A stretch of 22,995 bases of DNA from Candidatus Fraserbacteria bacterium. GTDB taxonomy: Bacteria; Bipolaricaulota; Bipolaricaulia; RBG-16-55-9; DRXL01. Position 1 is the stretch's first letter. Every line of letters starts with the position of its first letter. The position numbers and the translations under genes were made by a program. Positions 6,567 to 13,547 of the stretch are shown here, one piece after another. Under the pieces are notes generated by a model that saw only the letters and a list, made by a program, of their open reading frames with translations, did not search any database and was not told the DNA's origin. The stretch lies in assembly GCA_947085185.1 (NCBI GenBank), contig CAMTVK010000013.1, forward strand, positions 1 to 22,995, read 5' to 3'.

Positions 6567-8407
6567 GGCACCAGCTCGATCTGCCAGGGAGATCTTACGA
6601 TGATCTGCGGCTGCCCCTGATACTGAGAGAATTCCCCGGTCACGCGGATCTTCTTCTTCGTGTAGAACGACGCCGGGTCGATGCCCAGCCCGCGAAAGCG
6701 CGGCTCATAGCTCTTGAAAATTATCACGGAGAGATGGTTTGAAAAATCTCTGTCAGACTGTATTCGGATGACGCTCCCTGAGACTGTCGTAGCGGCGACG
6801 GTGAACTCCGTCGTGACGAGCTTTTTTAGGAAGCGTTCGGGCTGAGATTCCAGCGCTTGTCTGGGGGTGAGCCCCAGCACGACGCGCTCGCGGGTATTGG
6901 TGCGCCACTGCGGGCCGAGACATTTCGTCGCCGCTTTACAGTCCAAGTCGTCGCAGTCTGGAGAGCGATCCCCGTCGTTGTCAATAGTATCATCGCAGTC
7001 GCACTCCTTGCGCGCCCCGACGATGGGACAGAACGGTGCTCGCACATCGCGCACAAATTCGTTGGACCATTCCGTGAATTGATTGTTCACAAAGCCGCGC
7101 ATCCGATAGAACCAACGCTGTCCGGGCTGGACGTCTTCGTCGACAAAATAGCGATAATGTGCGGGGATCTGGGAGTAGACGCGCTCACAAGGACCAAACG
7201 ACCCTTTGGCGCGGCAGAGCTCATAGAAATCTACAGAACTGACAAGATGGGGCCGCCACTCGATGCGCGCTAGGACGTCTTGGGTATTATAGTGACGGAG
7301 AGTGACGCGTGGCGGCAGCGTCGGCGTCCTATCGTAAAGCAAAGCGTCTTGCTTGAGGCGCTCAAAGTGCTCTGTATAGGCGCGAGCGAGTTCTGGGTTT
7401 TCGAGCACCAAGAGATTCTCGTCATTGCTGAAAAGCCCACTATCCGACCAGTTGGTCGAGCCGGCGATCACAGTCGTGCCGTCAATCACGGCAAACTTAT
7501 GGTGCACTAACCCAGGGAGGGCATCGACGACACCGATCCCTAGTTGCAGTGCGTCATCGATCTCAGAATCTTCGAAGCGCTCCCAGCCGCGAAAGTCCCA
7601 GACGGCGTCGATCTTCACACCTCGGGTTTGCGCGGCAGCCAACTCCGCCATCAACAAATCGTCCGTGAAATAGAACATCGCGATCTGTATAGTTTTTTTC
7701 GCTTGGCGGATCGCGTCGCGCATGATCTTCTGAGGAGCGCCGCTGGGGGTGAAGTACACCCCCACGGTCGTCGAGCCGATCGTATAGGTACGCAGCTGTG
7801 TAAAGACTTTTCCGTCGTATTTCTGCTGCCCAAAGCGATCTTTGAGGAACATCTCATTGAACTCGGTCGTGAAGAGCCGGGCGAGTCGCCCGTCACGGAT
7901 CACGAGCGCATTGTTGGCGTCGAAGAGGAGTTCCCTGTCGGTCCAGTTGAGTGATCCTGTCCAGACTACAGAGCCATCAACGACCGCAAATTTATGGTGC
8001 ATCGTGTGCTCGAAGCGTTCGCGGGCGTCGGCGTTGATGTCGGTCTTGATGGTCGCGCACGGGAGATTTTGTACCTGAGTAAATTCGCTGGAAAACTCCT
8101 CAACAGAAGACTGATCTAGGACGAGCCTCACCGTGACGCCGCGGGCGCACGCGCGCTGCAGCGCGGCAATGACAGGGAGATATGCCAGGCGATAGACTGC
8201 AATATCTATGTTCTTGTGTGCTGAATCGATCAGGGCGATCAGCGCACTGTCTACCCCGTTGGCTTGCTTGTCGGGTTTGTCCATCCACGGAAGCCCTGCT
8301 ATAGGATTCGTGAAATAAACCGTAACAAGATCGCCGGCTATCTGCGCTGATGGCGCCCATCCCAAGGCCAGAATAGACACCAGCGCAACGAACAAAAATC
8401 TCTTCAT
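6563..8407 (-). CDS. secreted phospholipase D-family protein (two HKD motifs) with FN3-like, Cys/Asp-rich and OB-fold-like C-terminal domains
   Basis: Signal peptide; HHKFAVVD…TGSLNW and HHKFAVID…AGSTNW; SD GGAAGGAGG; ATGA overlap with priA. Confidence 0.88.
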   Translation of the reverse strand: MKRFLFVALVSILALGWAPSAQIAGDLVTVYFTNPIAGLPWMDKPDKQANGVDSALIALIDSAHKNIDIAVYRLAYLPVIAALQRACARGVTVRLVLDQSSVEEFSSEFTQVQNLPCATIKTDINADARERFEHTMHHKFAVVDGSVVWTGSLNWTDRELLFDANNALVIRDGRLARLFTTEFNEMFLKDRFGQQKYDGKVFTQLRTYTIGSTTVGVYFTPSGAPQKIMRDAIRQAKKTIQIAMFYFTDDLLMAELAAAQTRGVKIDAVWDFRGWERFEDSEIDDALQLGIGVVDALPGLVHHKFAVIDGTTVIAGSTNWSDSGLFSNDENLLVLENPELARAYTEHFERLKQDALLYDRTPTLPPRVTLRHYNTQDVLARIEWRPHLVSSVDFYELCRAKGSFGPCERVYSQIPAHYRYFVDEDVQPGQRWFYRMRGFVNNQFTEWSNEFVRDVRAPFCPIVGARKECDCDDTIDNDGDRSPDCDDLDCKAATKCLGPQWRTNTRERVVLGLTPRQALESQPERFLKKLVTTEFTVAATTVSGSVIRIQSDRDFSNHLSVIIFKSYEPRFRGLGIDPASFYTKKKIRVTGEFSQYQGQPQIIVRSPWQIELVP

Positions 8408-8505
8408 GAGTCCCTCCTTCCTTGCACTCGCACCTCACAGAGTAGTCTATCTCGCCCCTGGATGACGATCAAGTGCGGGTCTCGCCCTGGGGGCGTCTCT
8501 CGCAT

Positions 8506-8511
8506 ATTATA
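8506..8511 (-). promoter_or_regulatory. possible -10 element for the PLD-priA unit
   Basis: TATAAT on the minus strand about 100 nt upstream of the PLD start; no good -35. Confidence 0.45.
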
Positions 8512-8600
8512 CGCATAGGAAGCGAAAAATCATGATCTCCTCACCACACGCTTGGACCTGTGTTCATCTCTAAGAGGGACTGGGATCACAGGTGTTACTC

Positions 8601-8629
8601 TTGACATAAAAAAAAATTTCCTCTATACT
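8601..8629 (+). promoter_or_regulatory. near-consensus sigma70 promoter driving the leader and Lys-rich peptide
   Basis: TTGACA (8601-8606), 17-bp spacer containing A9, TATACT (8624-8629). Confidence 0.85.
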
Positions 8630-8635
8630 CACAGC

Positions 8636-8896
8636 GGGAAGTGTCTCAACGGTGGTGTATGGAACATATGAAAGGAGCGTCGAAGAACCCTTTGGAGAAC
8701 GAGAAAAGATCTTATCACAGCGATCTTTTTCCCTGTACCAATACACCACCGATCTCCTGTCACCTACTCTTTCCCTCTTCCTTCCTGTGGAGCATCTCTG
8801 AAAGAACTCACGCGCGCAAAACTCGACCTTGGCCTCCAGCTTCATAAACCCATGAATCACTATCCCAATCTTCGCACACAGAGGAGGTGACAGAGC
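8636..8896 (+). promoter_or_regulatory. long structured 5' leader (putative cis-regulatory RNA) with anti-SD
   Basis: 11-bp perfect stem 8650-8660/8741-8751 enclosing two hairpins; 8757-8770 is complementary (13/14) to the SD region 8880-8893. Confidence 0.7.
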
Positions 8897-8968
8897 ATGG
8901 CGACGAAGAAGAAAGCCGCCACCAAGAAGAAGACGACGGCGAAGAAGACGGCCAAGAAGAAGAAGTAA
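8897..8968 (+). CDS. 23-aa Lys/Ala/Thr-rich basic peptide MATKKKAATKKKTTAKKTAKKKK (histone H1-tail-like)
   Basis: Strong SD GAGGAGGTGA at 8881-8890, ATG 8897, TAA 8966-8968, codons almost all G/C-ending, own promoter and downstream hairpins. Confidence 0.8.
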   Translation: MATKKKAATKKKTTAKKTAKKKK

Positions 8969-8975
8969 GAGAGCA

Positions 8976-9010
8976 GCCCTCGACAAAGTTCTCCACCCCT
9001 TGTCGAGGGC
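8976..9010 (+). terminator. 11-bp hairpin after the peptide gene (terminator or 3' stabiliser)
   Basis: GCCCTCGACAA (8976-8986) / TTGTCGAGGGC (9000-9010); no U-tract, lies between convergent genes. Confidence 0.6.
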
Positions 9011-9016
9011 CGGATA

Positions 9017-9045
9017 GTAGGGGGCGACCAGCCAGTCGCCCCTAC
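9017..9045. repeat. GTAG-type REP-like palindrome
   Basis: GTAGGGGGCGAC-CAGCCA-GTCGCCCCTAC, with GTAG/CTAC ends and a GC stem. Confidence 0.65.
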
Positions 9046-9061
9046 TTCTATTGTACCCACC

Positions 9062-10084
9062 CTAGGGGTGAAGGAGCAACTTTCCGAACTGTTCGCGGTT
9101 TTCGAGCATCTCCTGCGCGGCGGCCGCCTCTGCCAAGGGGAACGCCTTGGCGATCACAGGGCGGAGTTTCCCCGCCCAAACTAAGCGGAGCACCGTGTGC
9201 AGATCGCGTCGTGTTCCCATGGTCGAACCAAAAATCTGAATCTGTCTCCAAAAGACCAAGCGAATATCGGTCTCGCCGATGGGCCCGCTGGTCGCGCCGC
9301 ACGTTACTAAGCGTCCGTTGCGCGCCAAAGCCCGCAAGCTCTTGGACCAGGTCGCCTGCCCGACACTCTCGATCACTACGTCAACGCCGCGCTTGTTGGT
9401 GAGCTTCCAGACTTCTTTGTCGAAGTCTGTCTTGGCATAGTTAATCACGAGATCAGCGCCGAGTTCTTTCGCTTGAGAAAGTTTTTCGTCGGTGCTGGCG
9501 CACGCGATGACCCGCGCGCCGCAGAGCTTGGCGATCTGGATCGCCGCGCTGCCCACACCGCTGCCAGCTGCTAAAACTAAGACGTCCTCGCCGGGGCGGA
9601 CCTTCGCACGCGTGACCACCATTCGCCACGCCGTCATGAAGACTAAGGGGACGGCTGCCGCTTCGTCGAACGAGACATGATCAGGAATCTTTATAATATT
9701 GCGCGCGGGGACTTTGACGAACTCTGCATAGCCGCCAGGAGCGTGCTCACCTAAGATCCCATACTGGACGCAGAGACTATCTTCGCCCATCTGACAATAT
9801 TCGCACTCCCCACAGGTCAAGTTGGGGTTGAGCACGACGCGCTCGCCCACTCTTATATCTTTCACGGCCGAGCCGACTCGCTCGACAACGCCGGCGACGT
9901 CCGCTCCGGGGATGTGCGGGGGCTCCAGCCCCGGAATGCCCCGGCGCACCCAGATATCTAAATGATTGAGCGCACACGATTTGACGCGAACTAATACCTC
10001 GTGCTCCGCAATCTCTGGAATAGAGATCTCTTCGAGCTTCAGTTTTTCTGGGCCACCGTGTTCACGAATGACGATCGCTTTCAT
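9062..10084 (-). CDS. zinc-binding MDR-family oxidoreductase (alcohol dehydrogenase/quinone reductase-like)
   Basis: MKAIVIREHGGPE, LNHLD in place of the catalytic-Zn Cys, structural Zn CGECEYC…C, AGSGVG nucleotide-binding loop, FGKLLL end; SD TAAGGAGG. Confidence 0.92.
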   Translation of the reverse strand: MKAIVIREHGGPEKLKLEEISIPEIAEHEVLVRVKSCALNHLDIWVRRGIPGLEPPHIPGADVAGVVERVGSAVKDIRVGERVVLNPNLTCGECEYCQMGEDSLCVQYGILGEHAPGGYAEFVKVPARNIIKIPDHVSFDEAAAVPLVFMTAWRMVVTRAKVRPGEDVLVLAAGSGVGSAAIQIAKLCGARVIACASTDEKLSQAKELGADLVINYAKTDFDKEVWKLTNKRGVDVVIESVGQATWSKSLRALARNGRLVTCGATSGPIGETDIRLVFWRQIQIFGSTMGTRRDLHTVLRLVWAGKLRPVIAKAFPLAEAAAAQEMLENREQFGKLLLHP

Positions 10085-10110
10085 GGTTGGTCCTCCTTAA
10101 ATTTTTTTTT

Positions 10111-10716
10111 TCAGAGCTGAACTCTTCCGGCCAGCGCCCGCGAGAGCGTCACCTCATCAGCGAATTCCAAATCGCGCCCCACCGGCACCCCATGCGCAAT
10201 CTGCGTGATCTTCATGCCAAAGGGCTTGATCTTGCGTGCAAGATACATCGCTGTGGCTTCGCCCTCGACCTTGGGATCGAGTGCGAGGATGACTTCTTGG
10301 ACATGCCCCCTACTTAAGCGCACTAAAAGCTCTTCAATATGGAGCTGCTCCGGCCCGATGCCGTTCACCGGTGAGAGCAGCCCTCCAAGCACGTGATAGA
10401 GCCCGTGATATTCCCGCGTCTTCTCGAGCTTGAGCAGCTCTTGAGGATGGCTGACCACGCAGATCACCGACGGATCGCGCTTGGGATCGCGACAGATCTC
10501 GCAGAGCTCGTTCTCGATCTCCGTGAAATTGAAGCACTCTTTGCAGGGGCGGATCTGCTCTTTGACGTGGATGATTGCTTGGCTGAGGGCTTCCAGCTCC
10601 TGGGGAGGCTGAGCGAGCAAATAGAACGCGAGGCGCTCCGCGGTCTTGCGCCCGATGCTCGGCAGCTTCTGAAATTCTCTGATGAGATTCTCTAACGGCT
10701 CAGGGTATTTATCCAT
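10111..10716 (-). CDS. recR: recombination mediator RecR
   Basis: LPSIGRKTAERLA HhH, CxxC…CxxC, YHVLGG.LSP..GIGP, EGEATA.Y, TQIAHGVPVG. Confidence 0.98.
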   Translation of the reverse strand: MDKYPEPLENLIREFQKLPSIGRKTAERLAFYLLAQPPQELEALSQAIIHVKEQIRPCKECFNFTEIENELCEICRDPKRDPSVICVVSHPQELLKLEKTREYHGLYHVLGGLLSPVNGIGPEQLHIEELLVRLSRGHVQEVILALDPKVEGEATAMYLARKIKPFGMKITQIAHGVPVGRDLEFADEVTLSRALAGRVQL

Positions 10717-10717
10717 C

Positions 10718-11050
10718 TCACAAGCCTAATCCCGGAATATTGGGGAGCCCCATCTGCCCCATGATGCTCGCCATCTCGCGCTGCGCCAGCTCCTTCGATT
10801 TTGTTTGCGCTTCTTTGATCGCAGCTAAGATCAAGTCCTCGAGCATCTCGATGTCGTTAGGATCCACGACGTCTTTGGAGATTTCTATGTCCACGATCTC
10901 TTCTTTGCCGTTAGCAATCACTTTGACCATGCCGCCGCCCGACGACGCCTCGACCCGTAAGTTCGCGAGCTCTTGCTGTTTTTGCTCCATGAGCTCTTGC
11001 ATCTTCTTGATCTGCTTCATCGCCTCTTTCATCCCGCCGGGGAATTGCAT
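10718..11050 (-). CDS. ybaB: YbaB/EbfC nucleoid-associated protein
   Basis: SSGGGMVKV, D.EMLEDLILAA; lies between dnaX and recR. Confidence 0.96.
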   Translation of the reverse strand: MQFPGGMKEAMKQIKKMQELMEQKQQELANLRVEASSGGGMVKVIANGKEEIVDIEISKDVVDPNDIEMLEDLILAAIKEAQTKSKELAQREMASIMGQMGLPNIPGLGL

Positions 11051-11077
11051 AGCGCCTCCTTATTAAAATAATTGAGA

Positions 11078-12541
11078 CTACGATACAATTTCACCATCGA
11101 ATGCTTTTTTGAGCAGTTCGGCCTTTTCACGGACTTCTGCGCTCTTGCTCTTGCGCCGCAAAGGAGCTTTTGTGTCTTGAGTGACAGCGATCTCGACCCG
11201 GCGCTTCCCATAGACCCGCGCGACGACTTCTTCCAGATACGTTCGGTGCTTCTCTAGGCGCTCTTTATGAAAAGTGTGTTGGGGATCGTACTCGATGCGC
11301 AGCACCTCGGGAAGCTCCACGGGCTGACCGTCGAGCAGGAGTGCGTGCACCGTGCCGCGCCGGTCGCGCTTGACGGCTTCAAGCAGCTGCGTCCATTGGT
11401 CCTGAGTTGTCGTGTCCGCTGATGCGCCTTTCATATGGACTTTTTCCCCCTGCCCCACAGAGGGAGGAGTCTCTTGGTCTGGCGCAGGGATTGTCTGAGT
11501 CAGCTCAAGTGCCTTCACTTCAAGCAAGATGCGCTTCTCCCAAGCACGACCGAGCTCGCGCTTAAGCTCTACCAGGTGGGTACTCAGCTCGATGAGCGTC
11601 TCTAAGCGCGTTGCCACGGGCAACGGGTGCCCGTCCAGTGCTGTGATCATCCAATCGCGCATCTGCTCGATGAGCTCATCCACAAAGAGCTCTAAGTCTT
11701 TGCCGCGCTCTGCTACATCCGCGATGATCTGGAGAGCCCGACGCCCTTGATGTGTCAGCAATGCTTGTAAGAACTCCGTGACGGTCTGCTCGCTGGCCAA
11801 GCCCATGATCTCATACAGATCGTGCTCTTCGATGCGCGCTGCCCCTTTATATGAAGCGAGCTGCTCCAGCATAACAATAGCATCGCGCAGGGCTCCACGT
11901 GCCCGATGGGAGATCGCCGTGAGTACATGAGGGCTGGCGTCAATGTGTTCAGCGTTGCAGATCTCTTGAAGACGCTTCTCGATCTGTTCCGGTGGCACGA
12001 GCTTCAGCTCAAACGCCTGACACCGACTGATGATCGTCAGCGGGACCTTGTGCGGCTCCGTCGTGGCAAAGAGAAAGACCACGTGCTTAGGCGGTTCTTC
12101 TAAAGTTTTCAGGAGCGCGTTGAACGCTTCATTCGTCAACATGTGCACTTCGTCGATGATATAGACTTTATAGGTGGCTTCGGCAGGGACGAAGTTGACT
12201 TCTTCGCGGAGTTGTCTGATCTGATCAATGCCGCGATTGCTAGCCCCGTCAATCTCGATGACGTCCAACGCATTGCCACGCGTGATCTTTCTACACATGT
12301 CGCACTGGTTGCACGGCTCGCCCTGCTGGGGGTTGAGACAATTGATCGCTTTGGCGAAGATGCGGGCTATAGAAGTCTTGCCGACGCCGCGGGGGCCAGC
12401 TAAGAGATACGCGTGGGCGATCTGATTGGCGAGGATCGCGTTCTGGAGCGTGCGCACCGTGTACTGTTGGTGGACGACGTCGGCAAAGCGTTGCGGGCGC
12501 CACTTGCGATAGAGCGATTGATACTCGTGGGCCTCGGTCAT
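11078..12541 (-). CDS. dnaX: DNA polymerase III subunit gamma/tau
   Basis: LYRKWRPQ.F, HAYL..GPRGVGKTS, EIDGASNRGID, IIDEVHML, FNALLKTLEEPP, TIISRCQ. Confidence 0.98.
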   Translation of the reverse strand: MTEAHEYQSLYRKWRPQRFADVVHQQYTVRTLQNAILANQIAHAYLLAGPRGVGKTSIARIFAKAINCLNPQQGEPCNQCDMCRKITRGNALDVIEIDGASNRGIDQIRQLREEVNFVPAEATYKVYIIDEVHMLTNEAFNALLKTLEEPPKHVVFLFATTEPHKVPLTIISRCQAFELKLVPPEQIEKRLQEICNAEHIDASPHVLTAISHRARGALRDAIVMLEQLASYKGAARIEEHDLYEIMGLASEQTVTEFLQALLTHQGRRALQIIADVAERGKDLELFVDELIEQMRDWMITALDGHPLPVATRLETLIELSTHLVELKRELGRAWEKRILLEVKALELTQTIPAPDQETPPSVGQGEKVHMKGASADTTTQDQWTQLLEAVKRDRRGTVHALLLDGQPVELPEVLRIEYDPQHTFHKERLEKHRTYLEEVVARVYGKRRVEIAVTQDTKAPLRRKSKSAEVREKAELLKKAFDGEIVS

Positions 12542-12555
12542 AATCTATTAGAGAG

Positions 12556-12627
12556 TCGGAGAGGCCGGATTTGAACCGGCGACCTCTTGGTCCCAAACCA
12601 AGCGCGCTGCCGCTGCGCCACTCTCCG
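12556..12627 (-). tRNA. tRNA-Pro(TGG), CCA not encoded
   Basis: Acceptor stem CGGAGAG/CTCTCCG, D stem GCGC/GCGC, anticodon arm CTTGG-TTTGGGA-CCAAG, T arm GCCGG-TTCAAAT-CCGGC, discriminator A. Confidence 0.97.
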
Positions 12628-12638
12628 AGTTCTCTCAT

Positions 12639-12666
12639 ATTATATCTGAGGAGCGGCTCTCGTCAA
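12639..12666 (-). promoter_or_regulatory. sigma70 promoter for tRNA-Pro/dnaX
   Basis: TTGACG (12666-12661), 16-bp spacer, TATAAT (12644-12639). Confidence 0.8.
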
Positions 12667-12692
12667 CCCTCAGCACGCCCTCAGGGTATCAC

Positions 12693-12724
12693 TTGACAAA
12701 AGCAGACCAATATGGTAGGATTTT
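12693..12724 (+). promoter_or_regulatory. suf operon promoter with overlapping Rrf2/IscR-like dyad
   Basis: TTGACA (12693-12698), 17-bp spacer, TAGGAT (12716-12721) with TG extension; dyad AAAAGCAGACCA-ATA-TGGTAGGATTTT. Confidence 0.7.
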
Positions 12725-12758
12725 CATGGGACTACATTCCCCAAAGAGAGGTTTGACC

Positions 12759-13547
12759 ATGGCGCAATTAGAGATCAAAGATCTCCACGTGAGCGTCGAG
12801 GGCAAGGAGATTTTGAAGGGCTTGACGCTGACGGTGAAGACTGGAGAGATTCACTCGATCATGGGGCCCAACGGCTCTGGCAAGAGCACGTTAGCGTTAG
12901 CGTTGATGGGCCATCCCAAGTACGAAGTGACCAAGGGCGAGATCCTCTTCAAGGGACACAATATCGTCGATCTGGAGCCCAACGAGCGGGCGCGCTTGGG
13001 GTTGTTTTTGGCGTTTCAGTACCCCTTGGAGATCCAAGGTGTCCCGCTAGGGCGGTTTCTGTGGGCGGCCAAGAAAGCCCTCTTAGGGCACTCCCAAGAC
13101 GGCCAGACCGATAAGAGAGCCGACGCTAAGATGCTCTCACAGTTCAGAAAAGAGCTGCAAGAGAAGATGAAACTGCTCAAGATGGACGAGTCGTTTGCGC
13201 AACGCTATCTCAATGTAGGCTTCTCCGGCGGCGAGAAGAAGCGCGCGGAGATCATTCAGATGCACATGCTCAAGCCGGAGATCGCCATCTTGGACGAGAC
13301 CGATTCGGGCTTGGATATAGATTCAGTGAAGATTGTCGCCGAAGCTGTCAATCAATTGCGCGGGCCAGACTTTGGCGCGCTCGTTATTACGCATTATCAA
13401 CGTATTCTCAATTTCTTAAAACCCGACTTCGTGCACGTCATGATTGATGGGCGTATCGTGCGCAGCGGTGATGAGAGCTTAGTTCATGAACTTGAAGCCA
13501 AGGGCTACGACTGGCTGGTGAACGAAGTCAAGGAGGAGGTAAGATGA
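12759..13547 (+). CDS. sufC: Fe-S assembly ATPase SufC
   Basis: [54 protein letters not shown]. Start set to ATG 12759 after GAGAGG; the TTG at 12693 is the -35 box. Confidence 0.97.
   Translation: MAQLEIKDLHVSVEGKEILKGLTLTVKTGEIHSIMGPNGSGKSTLALALMGHPKYEVTKGEILFKGHNIVDLEPNERARLGLFLAFQYPLEIQGVPLGRFLWAAKKALLGHSQDGQTDKRADAKMLSQFRKELQEKMKLLKMDESFAQRYLNVGFSGGEKKRAEIIQMHMLKPEIAILDETDSGLDIDSVKIVAEAVNQLRGPDFGALVITHYQRILNFLKPDFVHVMIDGRIVRSGDESLVHELEAKGYDWLVNEVKEEVR

Noticed and set aside
8450..8495. Direct repeat TCTCGCCC(C)TGG twice, 30 nt apart, in the PLD leader
   Set aside because: Only two short GC-rich copies; not a CRISPR array and could be chance or a decayed repeat.
8650..8751. Retron msr/msd, 6S or SRP RNA interpretation of the long stem
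   Set aside because: No reverse transcriptase in the window, and no 6S central bubble or SRP GGAA-loop motif seen.
8641..8847. 68-aa ORF within the leader as a leader peptide
   Set aside because: No SD, atypical codon usage and no recognisable motif; the sequence is better explained by RNA pairing. A regulatory uORF is not fully excluded.
8570..9402. ORF-track frames 8570-8986(-), 8808-8996(-), 8860-9060(-) and 8887-9402(+)
   Set aside because: Low-complexity shadows of the AAG-rich peptide gene and of the MDR gene; no SD, and they cross promoter or hairpin elements.
10102..10111. T10 tract between recR and the MDR gene
   Set aside because: Intergenic and A-rich just upstream of the SD on the coding strand; most simply a translation enhancer, and slippage would not alter a frame.
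11438..11452. GGGGGAAAAAG in dnaX as a gamma/tau frameshift site
   Set aside because: In frame it reads GGG GAA AAA GTC, not A AAA AAG or an A9 run, and there is no immediate -1 stop.
12693..12758. N-terminal extension of SufC from TTG 12693 (similarly FabF from TTG 22942)
   Set aside because: These TTG codons are the -35 boxes of predicted promoters; family homology begins at the downstream ATG.
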